A DNA stretch of 64,000 bases, taken from positions 98,456,001-98,520,000 of the forward strand of contig OX597822.1 of the NCBI GenBank assembly GCA_951406725.2, given 5' to 3'. Positions 27,615 to 40,699 of this stretch are shown one piece after another. Position 1 is the first letter of the stretch, and each line of letters opens with the position of its first letter. The stretch is from Octopus vulgaris. Lineage: Eukaryota. The position numbers were made by a program, and so were the translations under genes. Under the pieces are notes generated by a model. The model had not been told where the DNA came from and did no database searches. It was given only the letters and a program-made list of their open reading frames with translations.

Positions 27615-28199
27615 TTTTTTTAATTTTTTGTCTTCAAGGACGAAATTTCCTTTTTCTTCAAATTTCATCAAACAGTTACACAGAAATTTCAAACGATTTT
27701 TTGAAGAACATACCTTTTCAAGGACACTCGAAATCTTCTTAATGTCTGCACCAATCAATATTAATTTTGAACTATAGTGTTCAATAATTTAGACTTTTGA
27801 TGCAATGAGACGTCAGGCTTTGATGTACTCATTGGTATATTTGATGAAAGACTGTCCGGTATAACTTGTTCTTGTTTGAATGATTCCAGAAATGATAAAT
27901 GGCTTTTGATTTTAGCACGAAAACGATTTTTTTAACTGATAGAAATGTCGATTTCTCAATTTCTGATTCGTATTTCAATGGTACAAAATCCATTGGCTCA
28001 TGGGTTGGACTCAACACTAGGTTCTAGCGAAACTAACAGAGCTGAGAAGCCAAATGTAAGAAGGAATAAAACGCAAAAGCTATAATTTACAATATGATTT
28101 TCCTAAGACATTGTTAACTTCCACAATTTTTAAATGATACAATTCTTATTCTGTGTACCCTAAAATCAATCATCTCAATGTACTTGATTTTGATATTTT

Positions 28200-29110
28200 A
28201 AAAGGATTGACGTAACTCTTCACAAAGGTAAACATTCAAGACAACGAGCGCGATTCGATTGTAATATATATTTTATTGTTTGAACGATATTTCGACAGTA
28301 AGTTTGTCTACGCCAAGTTCAAAATAAGAAGTTATAAAAATTCAAAATTATAGATATTTAAATTCAAAGTATGAACGAGAGAAATCAGCGTCCACACATT
28401 GATTGAATGACATTAATAACTTTGGAAGTATAAGTGAAGCAGATTCAAAATATTCTCTGTGAATATGCACTTTCAAAATTGCAACCGTTTGAAACGAAAT
28501 GTTCGGTAAGTTCTGTCGAGCTATTGTTATTGTGCCTGACGTCGAATCTGTGCCCATTAAATCTTTTGTTTAATTGTTTTGTTGTAAAACCACCTTCTGT
28601 ATAAATCATAACATTTCTGTCATGTGTCCTGATGGAATTCACTTGACTCATATTGTTGCACAATGAAGAAGACTTGCTGCTGTTTTTGAAGATACAGCGT
28701 GGAGATGCCCCAATGTTCGTTTTCTTGAAGTCAGAAATAGAGGTCAATAATTCTCGTATATTCTTATTCTGCCTAAAGGCTATAATAGGCGGCTGAGGAA
28801 ATATCTGTTTAAAACGCGGATAGTTTTTCGCCACATGCTAGTAACTTTCATGCAACATTTTTCAAATGCCAGAGAAATTTCGGTGCCAGTTAATCACTAA
28901 GGAATCTTATCGTGTTTGCTAAAATTACGCGTGAAGGTTTGACTATCTTTACCAGTCTTAGCTATTTCATTTGCTATTTCCTTCAATCGTGATTCACTGT
29001 AACTGCCTTTGATATAATGATGTACAAAAGCATTTGCATGATTCCAGTAATCCCCTCTGTCAGTAAAAATCCTTTTTATTCTCAAAAATTGGTATTTCGA
29101 ATTTGACCGA
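28200..29110 (-). mobile_element. Penelope-like element, inverted arm (RT C-terminus, GIY-YIG endonuclease, pLTR)
   Basis: RIKRIFTD..., KQIFPQPPIIAFRQNKNIRELL, LNKRFNGHRFDVR...LTEHF; ~28210-28600 is an inverted homologue of ~30240-30860. Confidence 0.85.
28279..28323 (-). ncRNA. Decayed minimal hammerhead in Penelope pLTR
   Basis: UUUGAAC-UUGGCGU-A-GACAA(acuua)CUGUC-GAAAU-AUC^GUUCAAA; stems kept, core mutated; paralogue of 30736-30778. Confidence 0.55.
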
Positions 29111-29134
29111 ATAATATGATGTGGATGATCAGAA

Positions 29135-30860
29135 TGGATGGAGAGAAATATATTTGCGGGTTAACATCACGCCCCTGGAGGAATGGATAAAACGATAGGG
29201 TAATATCATCAAATTTATACGAAACTGTTTGATTACATATTCTTAGATTTCCTTTTTTACTTTCTTCATTTTTCAAATGGAAAGAAGTCCTGGAATAGCC
29301 TCACAAACTCCGGCGTCTAGCTAATAACGATTCTATTGTTATCAAAATGGTGGATAAGGAAGGCGCTATCGTAATTATGGAGAAAAGTGAGTATATTTCG
29401 GCTTGTGAAGAAGTTTTAAATGACAAAACTTCGTATGAAGAATTACCTGTCGATCCAAACCCCAATTACAAAGAGGAACTTGACAAAATAATTCTGGAAA
29501 CGGAGTAAAACATTTTCATTAATAAAGCCGTATCCAGGATTTGATGGCCAGAAATAACTCCTGTATTTTAGGGTCTCCCTAAAATACACAATTTTCGAAA
29601 GATTTCCTCCAATACCCCTAAATTGCAGCGGTTATGAATGTTATACGGCCAAGATTTCGGAAGGGCTGGATTGCTGTCGCAAAAAGATCAAGTTCCCATA
29701 TTCGAGATACTTTTGATCTTGTATCTCAAATTAACAACTTTTTTTAATCACCGAGGCCATGTCGAGAAAATGTTTTTGATAACCATGGATATTTCTTCCT
29801 TATATCCCAATATTGACCACGATGAATGGGAAGAAGCATGCACGGATGCCTTCGAAAAGCTTTCAAACATAAGTGTTCCATCAAATTTTCTCTGTAGATT
29901 ATTGAGGTTTGTGTTACGAGTTACCACCATGAAGTTTAGACAAAGATTTTACCACCAGACGAAGGGTTGCGCCATAGGTATAGCATGCCAGTTAATTTCG
30001 CTAATATCTTCATGACAAAATTCGAGACAGAGTTACTGAAGGCATTCAAATCTCTTCATGATCACGGGTCAATATTCTGGTTACGGTTCATTGATGATGT
30101 CGTTTTTGTCTGGGAAAGATCAAAGAATAATTTAATGGACTTCTTGCATTTCTGTGACTGTTATGCTAAAGACTAAGGTTTTAAGTTCTACATAAAATTT
30201 ACGTGTAGATTTTTTCAAAAATTACTTTTGAATGCAGGAAACACAACTTGATTTATGTTGGTTGAACAACAGAACAATTAAACAAAAGGTTTAATAGGCA
30301 CAGATTTGACGTCAGGCACAATAACAGTACTTGGTCAGAACTTGTTGAACATTTCATTTCAAGCGGCCGCAATCTTGAAGAAGACTTGGAAGTGCATATT
30401 CTCAGAAAATATTCTGAATTTGCTTAACTTTCACTTCTCAGCATGTATGAGGAGAAATATGTTTGCGGGTTAACATTACACCCTGGAGGAATGAATAAAA
30501 TAACAGGAGAATATCATGAAATTTATACAAAACTGTTTGATTAAATGTTCTTTACCAGTTTTCTCTTTTACTGTCCTATTTTTCTGTTACTTTCTCTCTC
30601 GTTTTCATTTCACCTGTTATAAAATTGAAGCGTAAAGACTGATGGTGTCATTCCATCAACGTGTGGACGCTGGTTGCTCTCGTTCATAGTTTAAATTTAA
30701 GTTTCTATAATTTTGAATTTTTATCACTTCTTATTTTGAACTTGACAAAGACAGGCTTACTGTCGAAATATCGGTCAACCTATAAAATATATATTACAAT
30801 AGAATCGTGCTCTTCGTCTTAACTGTTTACCTTTGTGAAGAGTTACGGCAATCCTTTTAA
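29135..30860 (+). mobile_element. Penelope-like element: decayed reverse transcriptase, GIY-YIG end and pLTR
   Basis: LANNDSIVIKMVDKEGAIVIM, GLPKIH, LITMDISSLYPNIDH, FYHQTKGCAIG, FANIFM, WLRFIDDVVFVW; 29135-29245 repeats 30445-30552 (pLTR piece). Confidence 0.9.
30736..30778 (+). ncRNA. Minimal hammerhead in Penelope pLTR (U3-A8, extra A)
   Basis: UUGAAC-UUGACAA-A-GACAG(gcuua)CUGUC-GAAAU-AUC^GGUCAA. Confidence 0.7.
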
Positions 30861-30861
30861 A

Positions 30862-30925
<64 letters not shown>

Positions 30926-31640
30926 GAGGAGGAGGAGGAGGAGGAGTGGAGAAGGAGAAGAAGAAGGGGAAGAAGAAGAGGAAGAAGGGGAAGAGGAAAA
31001 GGAAGAATGGTGGTGGTGTTGGTCATCGTTGTGGGAAGAAGTAGAGCAAGAACTTGGTGGGAGTAGATGATGATGATGAAGTAAGAAAAAGATGAAGAAG
31101 ACGAAGTTGCTGATGAAGAAGAAAGAAAAAGATGATGATAATAAAGAAGTAAAAGAAAGAAGGAAAGAAAAAGAAGATGATTATGATGATGATGAAGAAG
31201 AAAGAAAAAGGTGATGATGATCATGAAGAAAAAGATGAAGTAGAAGAAGATGATGATGATGATGATGGTTACACTGAAGAAGAAGAAGAAGAAGAAGAAG
31301 AAGAAGAAGAAGAAGAAGAAGAAGACGAGGAAGAAAGAAAGAAAAATAAGAAGACGAGGAAGAAAGAAAGAAAGAAAAGGAAGATGGTGAAGAAAAAAGA
31401 TGATGACGATGATGATCATGAAGAAAAAGATGAAGATGATGATGATGATGATGATGATGGTTACACTGAAGAAGAAGAAGAAGAAGAAGAAGAAGAAGAA
31501 GAAGAAGAAGAAGAAGAAGAAGAAGAAGAAGAAGAAGAAGAAGAGGAAGGAAGAAAGAAAGAAAGAAAAAGAAGATGGTGAAGAAAAAAGATGATGACGA
31601 TGATGATCATGAAGGAAAAGATGATGATGATGATGATGAA
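30862..31640. repeat. Compound (AAT)n/(GAG)n/(GAT)n/(GAA)n array with ~190-nt higher-order duplication
   Basis: gatggttacactgaagaa block occurs at ~31264 and ~31456. Confidence 0.9.
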
Positions 31641-31959
31641 AATATAAAGAGAAACATTTATGAAGAATCAAATCAAACTTTGAAGGAGATGCAAAAGCTA
31701 TAAGGGCTGAAAAATGCAGCTGGCTACAGAGACAGAAGACGGAATGGAAGGAAGAAACCAAAATAATGAGCTTGGCAACACGAGCATAGGTCTTAAGTTT
31801 AAATTGCTTGAAAGAGAAAGTTACATCAACATAACTGGTTACACATGTGGAGAACGATTGTAAATTGTAAACAGTGGCCCTGCAAGTAACGTTGTCGCTG
31901 ATTATGTTTTTTATCTGCTCTTTTTTTTTAAAAATGAAGCATTCTCACGTTGTATCAGA

Positions 31960-32220
31960 TAGTTCTCGGGGATATTCAGAGTGACACAGAGAGTGACAAG
32001 GCCAGCCCATTGAAATACAGGTACAACAGAAACAGGAAGTAAGAGTGAGAGAAAGTTGTGGTGAAAGAGTACAGCAGGGATCACCACCATCCCTGCCGGA
32101 GCCTCGTGGAGCTTTAAGTGTTTTCGCTCAATAAACACTCACAACGCCCGGTCTGGGAATCGAAACCGCGATCCTATGACCGCGAGTCCGCTGCCCTAAC
32201 CACTGGGCCATTGCGCCTCC
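31960..32220 (-). mobile_element. tRNA-derived SINE family C, 3'-truncated
   Basis: Head ggaggcgcaatggcccagtggttagggcagcggactcg...ggtttcgattccc; near-identical to 45521-45904. Confidence 0.9.
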
Positions 32221-32524
32221 ACAATTTGAAGATACAACGTTATGTAAAATGAGGAAAAAGTAAAAAGGAGTTTATGTAGAAATAAATACAAGACAAATAC
32301 AAAAGACGTCACTTCACTCCGCCAGTACAGTCCAGGGGTTCCGCAAGAAGTTACAAAACTGCTAAAATCGGCAGTAATAAATTTTATTATCCTGTGCAGA
32401 TATGTGTGCATAAGACTATTAAATTATTGCACGGGGCTTCCTCGAGCCAGTGGAATGTTTCCTTGGGGTTCCGCTCCAGCAAAAAATTTGAAAAGCACTG
32501 ACCTACACAGTATCGGCGAGAGAA

Positions 32525-32759
32525 CCTATTTCTTTATTACCCACAAGGGGCTAAACATAGAGGGGACAAACAAGGGCAGACAAACGGATTAAGTCGATTA
32601 CATCGACCCCAGTGCGTAACTGGTACTTAATTTATCGACCTCGAAAGGATGAAAGTTAAAGTCGACCTCGGCGGAATTTGAACTCAGAACGTAACGACAG
32701 ACGAAATACTGCTAAGCATTTCGCCCGACGTGCTAACGTTTCTGCCAGATCGCCGCCTT
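32525..32759 (-). mobile_element. SINE family B with 18-bp TSD
   Basis: TSD tatcggcgagagaaccta at 32511-32528 and 32759-32776. Confidence 0.9.
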
Positions 32760-33139
32760 ATCGGCGAGAGAACCTAATTACATTTCAGCTGTAGCGGAAT
32801 GTTCTTCAAAGTGCATCAAGCAGCTTGAAAAAGCTTGACCATATCAGAAATCATACAATAAATTCCCGAATAAGAACAAAATGAACATAGGCGCAGGAGT
32901 GGCTGTGTGGTAAGTAGCTTGCTAACCAACCACATGGTTCCTTCGTTGCTGTTGTTTATTCTCAGAAATAAGGGTTTAATTTTCAGATCCTTGTAAATTG
33001 TATACTTGGAGATCCAGACCTTTCCGAATAAGTATGACAATCTTTTTTTAATCCAGTCTTAAGGCTGCTGCCACAACAGAATTCTGTTGATGTCACATTT
33101 GATGTTAGTAGTTAGTAGTTTAATATTACGCTCATCAGA

Positions 33140-33694
33140 AGGCAATATGGCCCAGTGGTTAGGGCAGTGGACACGTGGTCGTAGGATCGCGGTTTCGATT
33201 CCAAGACCGGGCGTTGTGAGTGTTTATTGAGCGAAAACACCTAAAAGCCCCACGAGGCTCCGGCAGGGGATTGTGGTGATCCCTGCTGTACTCTTTCACC
33301 ACAACTTTCTCTCGCTCTTTCTTCCTGTTTCTGTTGTACCTGTATTTCAAAGGGCCGGCCTTGTCACTCTCTGTATCACGCTGAATATCCCCGTTAAGGG
33401 TGCACGTGTCTGTGGAGTGCTCAGCCACTTACACGTTAATTTCACGAGCAAGCTGTTCCGTTGATTCGGATCAACCAGAACCCTCATCGTCGTAACCGAC
33501 GGAGTGCTTCCATCCAACTGTCGTCAAAAGACAGATAAAATAGCGGCGAGACATCGTGAAATATCCCCGAGAACTACGTTAAGGGTACACGTGTCTGTGG
33601 AGTGCTCAGCCACTTACACGTTAATTTCACAAGCAGGCTGTTCCGTTGATCGGATCAACCGGAACCCTCGTCGTCGTAACCGACGGAGTGCTTC
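33140..33694 (+). mobile_element. SINE family C copy plus a second 3' fragment (33558-33694)
   Basis: Sequence identity to 45521-45904. Confidence 0.9.
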
Positions 33695-34035
33695 CTCAAA
33701 AATTTTCAAATTGTGTCTGTATGTAATGGTGACTGTTGTTGCTATGTTTGTTGTTTCGTTTATTTTGCTTAATGTTTTGTGTAATTAAAGGAAATGCCCG
33801 GGTCGAATAAAAGTTTAATGTGGAAAGTTTCTTTTTCAAAAGGATATATAATTTAGACTATTTAATATAACCATAAGCAATACAAACATAAGAATAAGAA
33901 CAAAATGAACATAGGCGCAGGAGTGGCTGTGCGGTAAGTAGCTTGCTTAGATAAAATACAACACATACGAAAACAATGAAAAAGAGTTACAAGACAGAAA
34001 TAAACATAAAATAAATCCCCTTCAACTATACCAAT

Positions 34036-34563
34036 ACTCTTTTACTCTTTTACTTGTTTCAGCCATTTGACTGCGACCATGCTGGAGCACCGCCTTTAGT
34101 CGAGCAAATCGACCCCGGGACTTATTCTTTGTAAGCCCAGTACTTATTCTATCGGTCTCTTTTGCCGAACCGCTAAGTGACGGGGACGTAAACACACCAG
34201 CATCGGTTATCAAGCAATGCTAGTGGGACAAACACAGACACACAAACATATATGTACTGAATTCGTACTATGGAAACTATTGTAAACGGCAGCCCTATAA
34301 GTATGTAGTTTATCTTTTTTTTTTTTTTTACATAGGCGCAGGAGTGGCTGTGTGGTAAGTAGCTTGCTAACCAACCACATGGTTCCGGGTTCATATATAC
34401 GACAGGCTTCTTTCAGTTTCCGTCTACCAAATCCACTCACAAGGCATTGGTCGGCCCGGGACTATAGCAGAAGACACTTGCCCAAGATGCCACGCAGTGG
34501 GACTGAACCCGGAACCATGTGGTTGGTTAGCAAGCTACTTACCACACAGCCACTCCTGCGCCT
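34036..34563 (-). mobile_element. SINE family A with internal inverted duplication
   Basis: Identity to 14669-15086; 34251-34393 is an inverted copy of 34503-34643. Confidence 0.9.
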
Positions 34564-35201
34564 ATGTAAAAAAAAAATAGATAAACTACATACTTATAGG
34601 GCTGCCGTTTACAATAGTTTCCATAGTACGAATTCAGTACATACTTGATACAAATCTAATATAAACCGCGATGTAGAAGTGGCGAACTCTCAAAAGTTGA
34701 CAAAAACATATGGCCCACATCGTCCTGCTTATATCCACCAATAGAAAACAATATTAAAAGAGAAGATAATAAACAATACATTGACATTTTTGCATTCATA
34801 TATATTCATAGATGTCATCGTGCGAATAATATTAAAACAATGCACGTGTTCTGGAGATAAATAAAAGTAAAAGTGAGAAACAAATCAAAATACCCCAGAG
34901 AATGTGTAGAGTTTTATATTGAATAATATAAAGATGCTGGAAATAGAGACTAAACATGTCGAATAACAAACGAACACTGAAAATAAAGATGATGGACTTC
35001 ATACGAAAACGAAAATATCCCAGAGTAAATGAAATAGTCACATCTGAGACACAAACATATCAAATAAATTAATCTTGCACAAGAAGAAAATAACATAAAA
35101 GAACCGACCAAGCATACAACGAATGAATGTTCAAAGACAATGAAGTTACTAAAGAACCGATTACATGAATCGCTGGAAAAAAAGTATATACTAAACCCAA
35201 A

Positions 35202-35713
35202 ATGATGATGATGATGATGATGAGGAGGAGGAGGAGGAGGAGGAGGAGGATGACGTTGATGATGACGATGATGATGATGAGGAGGATGACGATGACGATG
35301 ATGATGATGATGAGGAGGAGGAGGATGACGTTGATGATGATGATGAGGAGGAGGAGGATGAGGAGGAGGATGACGTTGATGATGACGATGATGATTATGA
35401 GGAGGAGGAGGATGACGATGATGATGATGATGAGGAGGAGGATGACGTTGATGATGATGATGAGGAGGAGGATGATGTTGATGATGACGATGATGATGAT
35501 GAGGAGGAGGATGACGATGACGATGATGATGATGAGGAGGAGGAGGATGACGTTGATGATGACGATGATGATGAGGATGAGGAGGAGGAGGATGACGATG
35601 ATGATGATGAGGAGGAGGAGGAGGAGGACGTTGATGATGATGATGAGGAGGATGACGATGATGATGATGATGATGATGATGATGACGACGACGATGATGT
35701 TGATGATGATGAT
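35202..35713. repeat. (GAT/GAG/GAC) higher-order trinucleotide minisatellite
   Basis: Recurrent gaggaggaggatgacgttgatgatgacgatgat units. Confidence 0.95.
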
Positions 35714-36054
35714 AAAGAGAATTGGCTGCATTGTCTAATCCTTTTGTTGTCTAAGTGACCTCAGCTGCTTTGATGGAGGTAGTAGGGGGTATTATTGTTA
35801 ATTATAGCCGAAAATAATTTAGAACTGTCAACTCACTCGCTTTTTCATTTCCCTTAATGTTGACTAGCCTTTTCTGTACACTGATATGGCTTGAATACTA
35901 GTATAATTTGCTCCTAGCATACCTTTCCTAAACCGAGCTACTCGACCTAGTCGAGAATGTGATACCAATTTACCTTTCACGGTGTCCTTGGGTCATTCTT
36001 GTAAAGCGGTCTCTTGCCACTATTTTATCTGTCTTTTGACGACAGTTGAATGCA

Positions 36055-36433
36055 AGCACTCCGTCGGTTACGACGATGAGGGTTCCGGTTGATCCGAATC
36101 AACGGAACAGCCTGCTCGTGAAATTAACGTGTAAGTGGCTGAGCACTCCACAGACACGTGTACCCTTAACGTAGTTCTCGGGGATATTCAGCGTGACACA
36201 GAGAGTGACAAGGCCGGCCCTTTGAAATACAGGTACAACAGAAACAGGAAATAAGAGTGAGAGAAAGGTGTGGTGAAAGAGTACAGCAGGGATCACCACC
36301 ATCCCCTGCCGGAGCCTCGTGGAGCTTTAGGTGTTTTCGCTCAATAAACACTCACAACGCCCGGTCTGGGAATCGAAACCGCGATCCTATGACCGCGAGT
36401 CCGCTGCCCTAACCACTGGGCCATTGCGCCTCC
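36055..36433 (-). mobile_element. SINE family C, full length, with TSD
   Basis: TSD tgacgacagtt at ~36037-36047 and ~36436-36446. Confidence 0.9.
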
Positions 36434-36979
36434 ACTGACGACAGTTATCGCTCTGACAGATATTGTTATATTCCGAAGTCGTCGATAGAATGCTTCTATC
36501 TGGCACTGTACAACCCTCAGTAGTTTTACAGTGTTATTATCTACAAAAGGTTGGATCGTTATAAAATCCACTCAGTATCACAGTATAATTACTATATCAT
36601 CACAGACACGACTATGAACTCAGTCTACACGTTAACTCGACCTTCTCCTTGTCGACCGGCTACTAGTCTATTTATAATAGCTGGCTACTACCACTTTTCT
36701 TTACCGGGAGAGGTGTACAATTTCACTATACAACATCTCCCCTTGTAATTTTTTTTTATTTAACAATCAATTTCTTGTATTTACCCCACCAAGGTTCATT
36801 GTATTTGATAGTTTCGCTGCCAGCGCACATCCTCTACAGCCTTTCACCAGGTTTTCAACTTCCTCGTCCATGCTTGGCCAGTATACGAAACTGGTGGTTC
36901 TTCGCATCAGACCTTTATATCATTTTATCGACAACAGTTTTCTTATTCCATAACATAAGGGGGATCAGCCATCTGAATG

Positions 36980-37620
36980 TGGCTAGGGTCAGGGCGGGGT
37001 GGTGGGGGTGTTACTGATGCATTTAGCCCCAGGCGAACATCAACGTCACCAGAAGAGCTGACACCATCTCGGTGTCCTTGCCAGCTTGCAAAGGGAGATC
37101 AGCCTCCCCGGCTCAGAGATTTGTTATAGTTTTCTTATTGTCTCATTAATAGATTTGTTATTTCACACATTTCTTTTTATGTCTTCAAAAGTTACTGGTA
37201 GTTCATGCGCGATGTTCCACGTCACATTTTTTCGTTTTAGTTCATTGACCTTTTTTAATCATTTGACTGCTCCGTTTACGCCATTGCACAAAGCGCTTAT
37301 GAGTGTATCCCATAAATCAACTTTCTCCATACATTCGGTGCCAAATAAATTCATGGATGTTTTCAGCACATAAACATCCACTTTTGGCGTTCGACCTTTC
37401 AGCATTATATTACAAATATAATTTTCTTCCCGTAACACCGTACGCTATTTTGTTTGAACTACATAATTTTGGTTTACCCATTTGTTCCCATATTTTCTCA
37501 TTTATGATTGTGATATCACTTGCTGTGTCTAATTAATAATTCTGACAGTAATGTTTTCAATGCTCACATTCGTTGCAATCACAAGTTTTCCTGCTGACAA
37601 ACATTTTTCATATTAGCAAG
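36980..37620 (-). mobile_element. Decayed RTE-like LINE 3' fragment
   Basis: Minus-strand MEKVDLWDTL...TWNIAHELPV loosely resembles the post-RT E.V..F.YLG...AW..F.EL.P region; weak. Confidence 0.35.
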
Positions 37621-37756
37621 CACTAATATATTATATATCTGATTTATAAAAACATGTGACTTATTAATAAATATTTGTAAATATAAAACCATCCAGTTTT
37701 CTGATTACCTAATTTCTTCTAATATATAATACCTGTACATCATCTCCAAACCTTCT

Positions 37757-37784
37757 AATATATATAGATGTGTATATATGTATA

Positions 37785-37838
<54 letters not shown>

Positions 37839-38013
37839 GTATATATATATGCATATGTATATATATATATATGTATATATATGTATATATATATGTGTAT
37901 ATATGTATATATATATATATATATATATAAAGTTGGTATGTAAGCACGTAAATTGAATATATACATATATATATCATATATACATATATACACATATATA
38001 TACATATATATAC

Positions 38014-38045
<32 letters not shown>

Positions 38046-38281
38046 ATATATACATATACAAATATATACACTTACACACATACATACATGCATACATACA
38101 TACACACATACACACACACATACATACATACATACACACATACATACATGCACACACACACATACACACACATGCACACACACATACATACATACATACA
38201 TAATACATACATACACACACATACATACATACGTACATATATACATATATACACACATACATACATACATACATACATACA

Positions 38282-38312
<31 letters not shown>

Positions 38313-39150
38313 GGGGTTGGCTGTATTGCAGGCGTGCGTCAGTGTGTATGTGTGCCTGTGGATTCACATACACCCACACCAATTTTTTTTTCCATCAATC
38401 TTTCAATTATGAAGTGTGTGCTTGCCTACATATATATACACACATATAAACATATAAACACACATATAAACCTCTACATTTGTACACACACGCACATATA
38501 TACATACATTCACTCGCACGTACGTACACACACACGCACACACACATTTACATATATATACAATACACGCACACACACACATACACACGTACAAACACAC
38601 ACAAATTCACATACACACCGACACATATGCATACATACAATATATACCTACACGCGCACGTACACATACACATACGTACACACGCACACATACACGCACA
38701 CACAACTACACGCACATACATACACACACAAATGAACCCACACATACATCTCATACACACTGCACGCAATTATACATACACGCACACAATTCTGCATACA
38801 TATATATACACACACACGCACGTACAAGCACACACGCACACATACACTAAGTTAAGCACAGTTACTCGCCACACACCCAAGCTCTACGCATACACACACG
38901 AACACGCACATACACACACACACACTACAAACAAAACACACACACGATACATATACATACACGCACATACACATACCTCTTTGTTTTGACCTGTGGCTGG
39001 ACACAAAAAACACCACTCCTAATTCTTACTACTGGCCAGCTACTAGCCAGTTGTTCACCCTACACACTACACACACACACACACACACACACGTGTCATT
39101 ATTGCACACATACACACGCAGCCATTCCGCGCACGCACACATCCACACAC
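37757..39150. repeat. Long compound (TA)/(TACA)/(CA) low-complexity tract
   Basis: Direct inspection; source of the 260-aa HTYI ORF. Confidence 0.95.
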
Positions 39151-39331
39151 ATTCCCCCTCTCACTTTCCTTGTCTTTGACATACTACCTACTGTCTTTGA
39201 AAACTCTCCTGTCTTTAAAAAACATTATTCTTCCATCTTTCTACTTCCGGTCTTTCAATAGGTGACCTCGTGAGTACCGCTGGCGAATTTTTTCCTCTGT
39301 CTTCCCTTCTTGGGATCTTTCCTTCTCCTAT

Positions 39332-39365
39332 GTTTCCGACGAAGAGCTCCGCTCGAAACGTTAAG
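39332..39365 (+). ncRNA. Ultra-minimal hammerhead-like motif (U4C, extra A) in a PLE-like 3' end (~39255-39455)
   Basis: GUUU-CCGACGA-A-GAGC(ucc)GCUC-GAAAC-GUU^AAGC; stem III is only the palindrome AACGUU; element ends in (TA)n. Confidence 0.6.
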
Positions 39366-39489
39366 CCCTCCTTCTTCCCTTCTTTCCTGAGCGTCTAATA
39401 ATACAGCGTCCTCGCGTTGTTGTGTTTTTTTTGTGTTTTCTTTTTTAGATTAACTATATATATATATATATATAGTGGTGGTGGTGGTG

Positions 39490-39834
39490 GTGACCTCCTT
39501 CGGTCAGACACTGACCATGGGTTTGCACCTAGAGAGTTGCCCTCAGAGGCACAAGTCTGGGCAAGGTTGTTTTTGTTTTTTTTATGGAAGACCAGCAGTC
39601 ACCCATGCATACCGGCCTCCCCTCTCCACGTCACCGATGTTGTCCAAGGGAAAAGCAAGAGCCGATACAGCTTGGCACCTGTGACGTCGCAACTCATTTC
39701 TACAGCTGAGTGAACTGGAGCAACGTGAAATAAAGTGTCTTGCTCAAGAACACAACACGCAGCCCGGTCCGGGATTCGAGCTCACAACCTCACGATCGTA
39801 AGCTCGACGCTCTAACCACTGCGCCACGCGCCTT

Positions 39835-39835
<1 letters not shown>
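39490..39835 (-). mobile_element. tRNA-derived SINE family D
   Basis: Minus head gaaggcgcgtggcgcagtggttagagcg...gctcgaatcccgg (A/B boxes), then a CORE-like gtgttcttgagcaagacacttt segment. Confidence 0.8.
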
Positions 39836-39877
<42 letters not shown>

Positions 39878-39949
39878 TCAACAATGCAAGTTTAATCGAT
39901 TAGTTTTGTCTTTTCTAAACACCATTGTAACCTCTGAGTCACGCGCCTT

Positions 39950-40000
<51 letters not shown>

Positions 40001-40072
40001 TCAACAATGCAAGTTTAATCGATTAGTTTTGTCTTTTCTAAACACCATTGTAACCACTGAGCTACGCGCCTT

Positions 40073-40121
<49 letters not shown>

Positions 40122-40189
40122 CAATGCAAGTTTAATCGATTAGTTTTGTCTTTTCTAAACACCATTGTAACCACTGAGCCACGCGCCTT

Positions 40190-40280
<91 letters not shown>

Positions 40281-40331
40281 TCAACAATGCAAGTTTAAAC
40301 GATTAGTTTTGTCTTTTCTAAACACCATTGT
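39813..40331. repeat. 4-copy tandem repeat: SINE head + microsatellite + ~52-nt flank
   Basis: ttcaacaatgcaagtttaatcgattagttttgtcttttctaaacaccattgt occurs four times with variable (TA)n between. Confidence 0.9.
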
Positions 40332-40699
40332 TCGTTGTGTTTGATAAGATAAATGTATTCAAAGCCGAATTCATATTGTTTTAAAAACCGTCATTCAGAA
40401 GCGTCGCATAATTGTCTCTTTTTTAGAAAATTATTATTTCTTTCACTCCAACATTTCTCTGTATATCCTTATTTCATTTTTGTATTATATTATCTCTTAT
40501 GAGAAACTTAAAATACATCCGTGGCGATGCAATTTTGAATTTCTGGTGTTATCTTTTTTTCTCTCTCTAGTTTCAGCTCAGAGCTGCGGCCATGCTGTAA
40601 ATGTGTCTTGTGTTTGTTTTAGCAGTTATAAATCGCTTTGTTTATGTTTTGAAAATATGTCCTGTGACAATAACCCGACAAGTGTTGTCAGTTCGAAGC

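Noticed and set aside
27620-28110. Possible type II membrane protein pseudogene on minus
   Set aside because: Short broken frames and no recognisable domain.
31177-31581. Acidic D/E/K-rich 134-aa ORF
   Set aside because: Entirely within a compound GAA/GAT repeat; no splice or homology support.
39813-40331. CRISPR-like repeat-spacer array
   Set aside because: The spacers are microsatellites, the context is eukaryotic and there are no cas genes.
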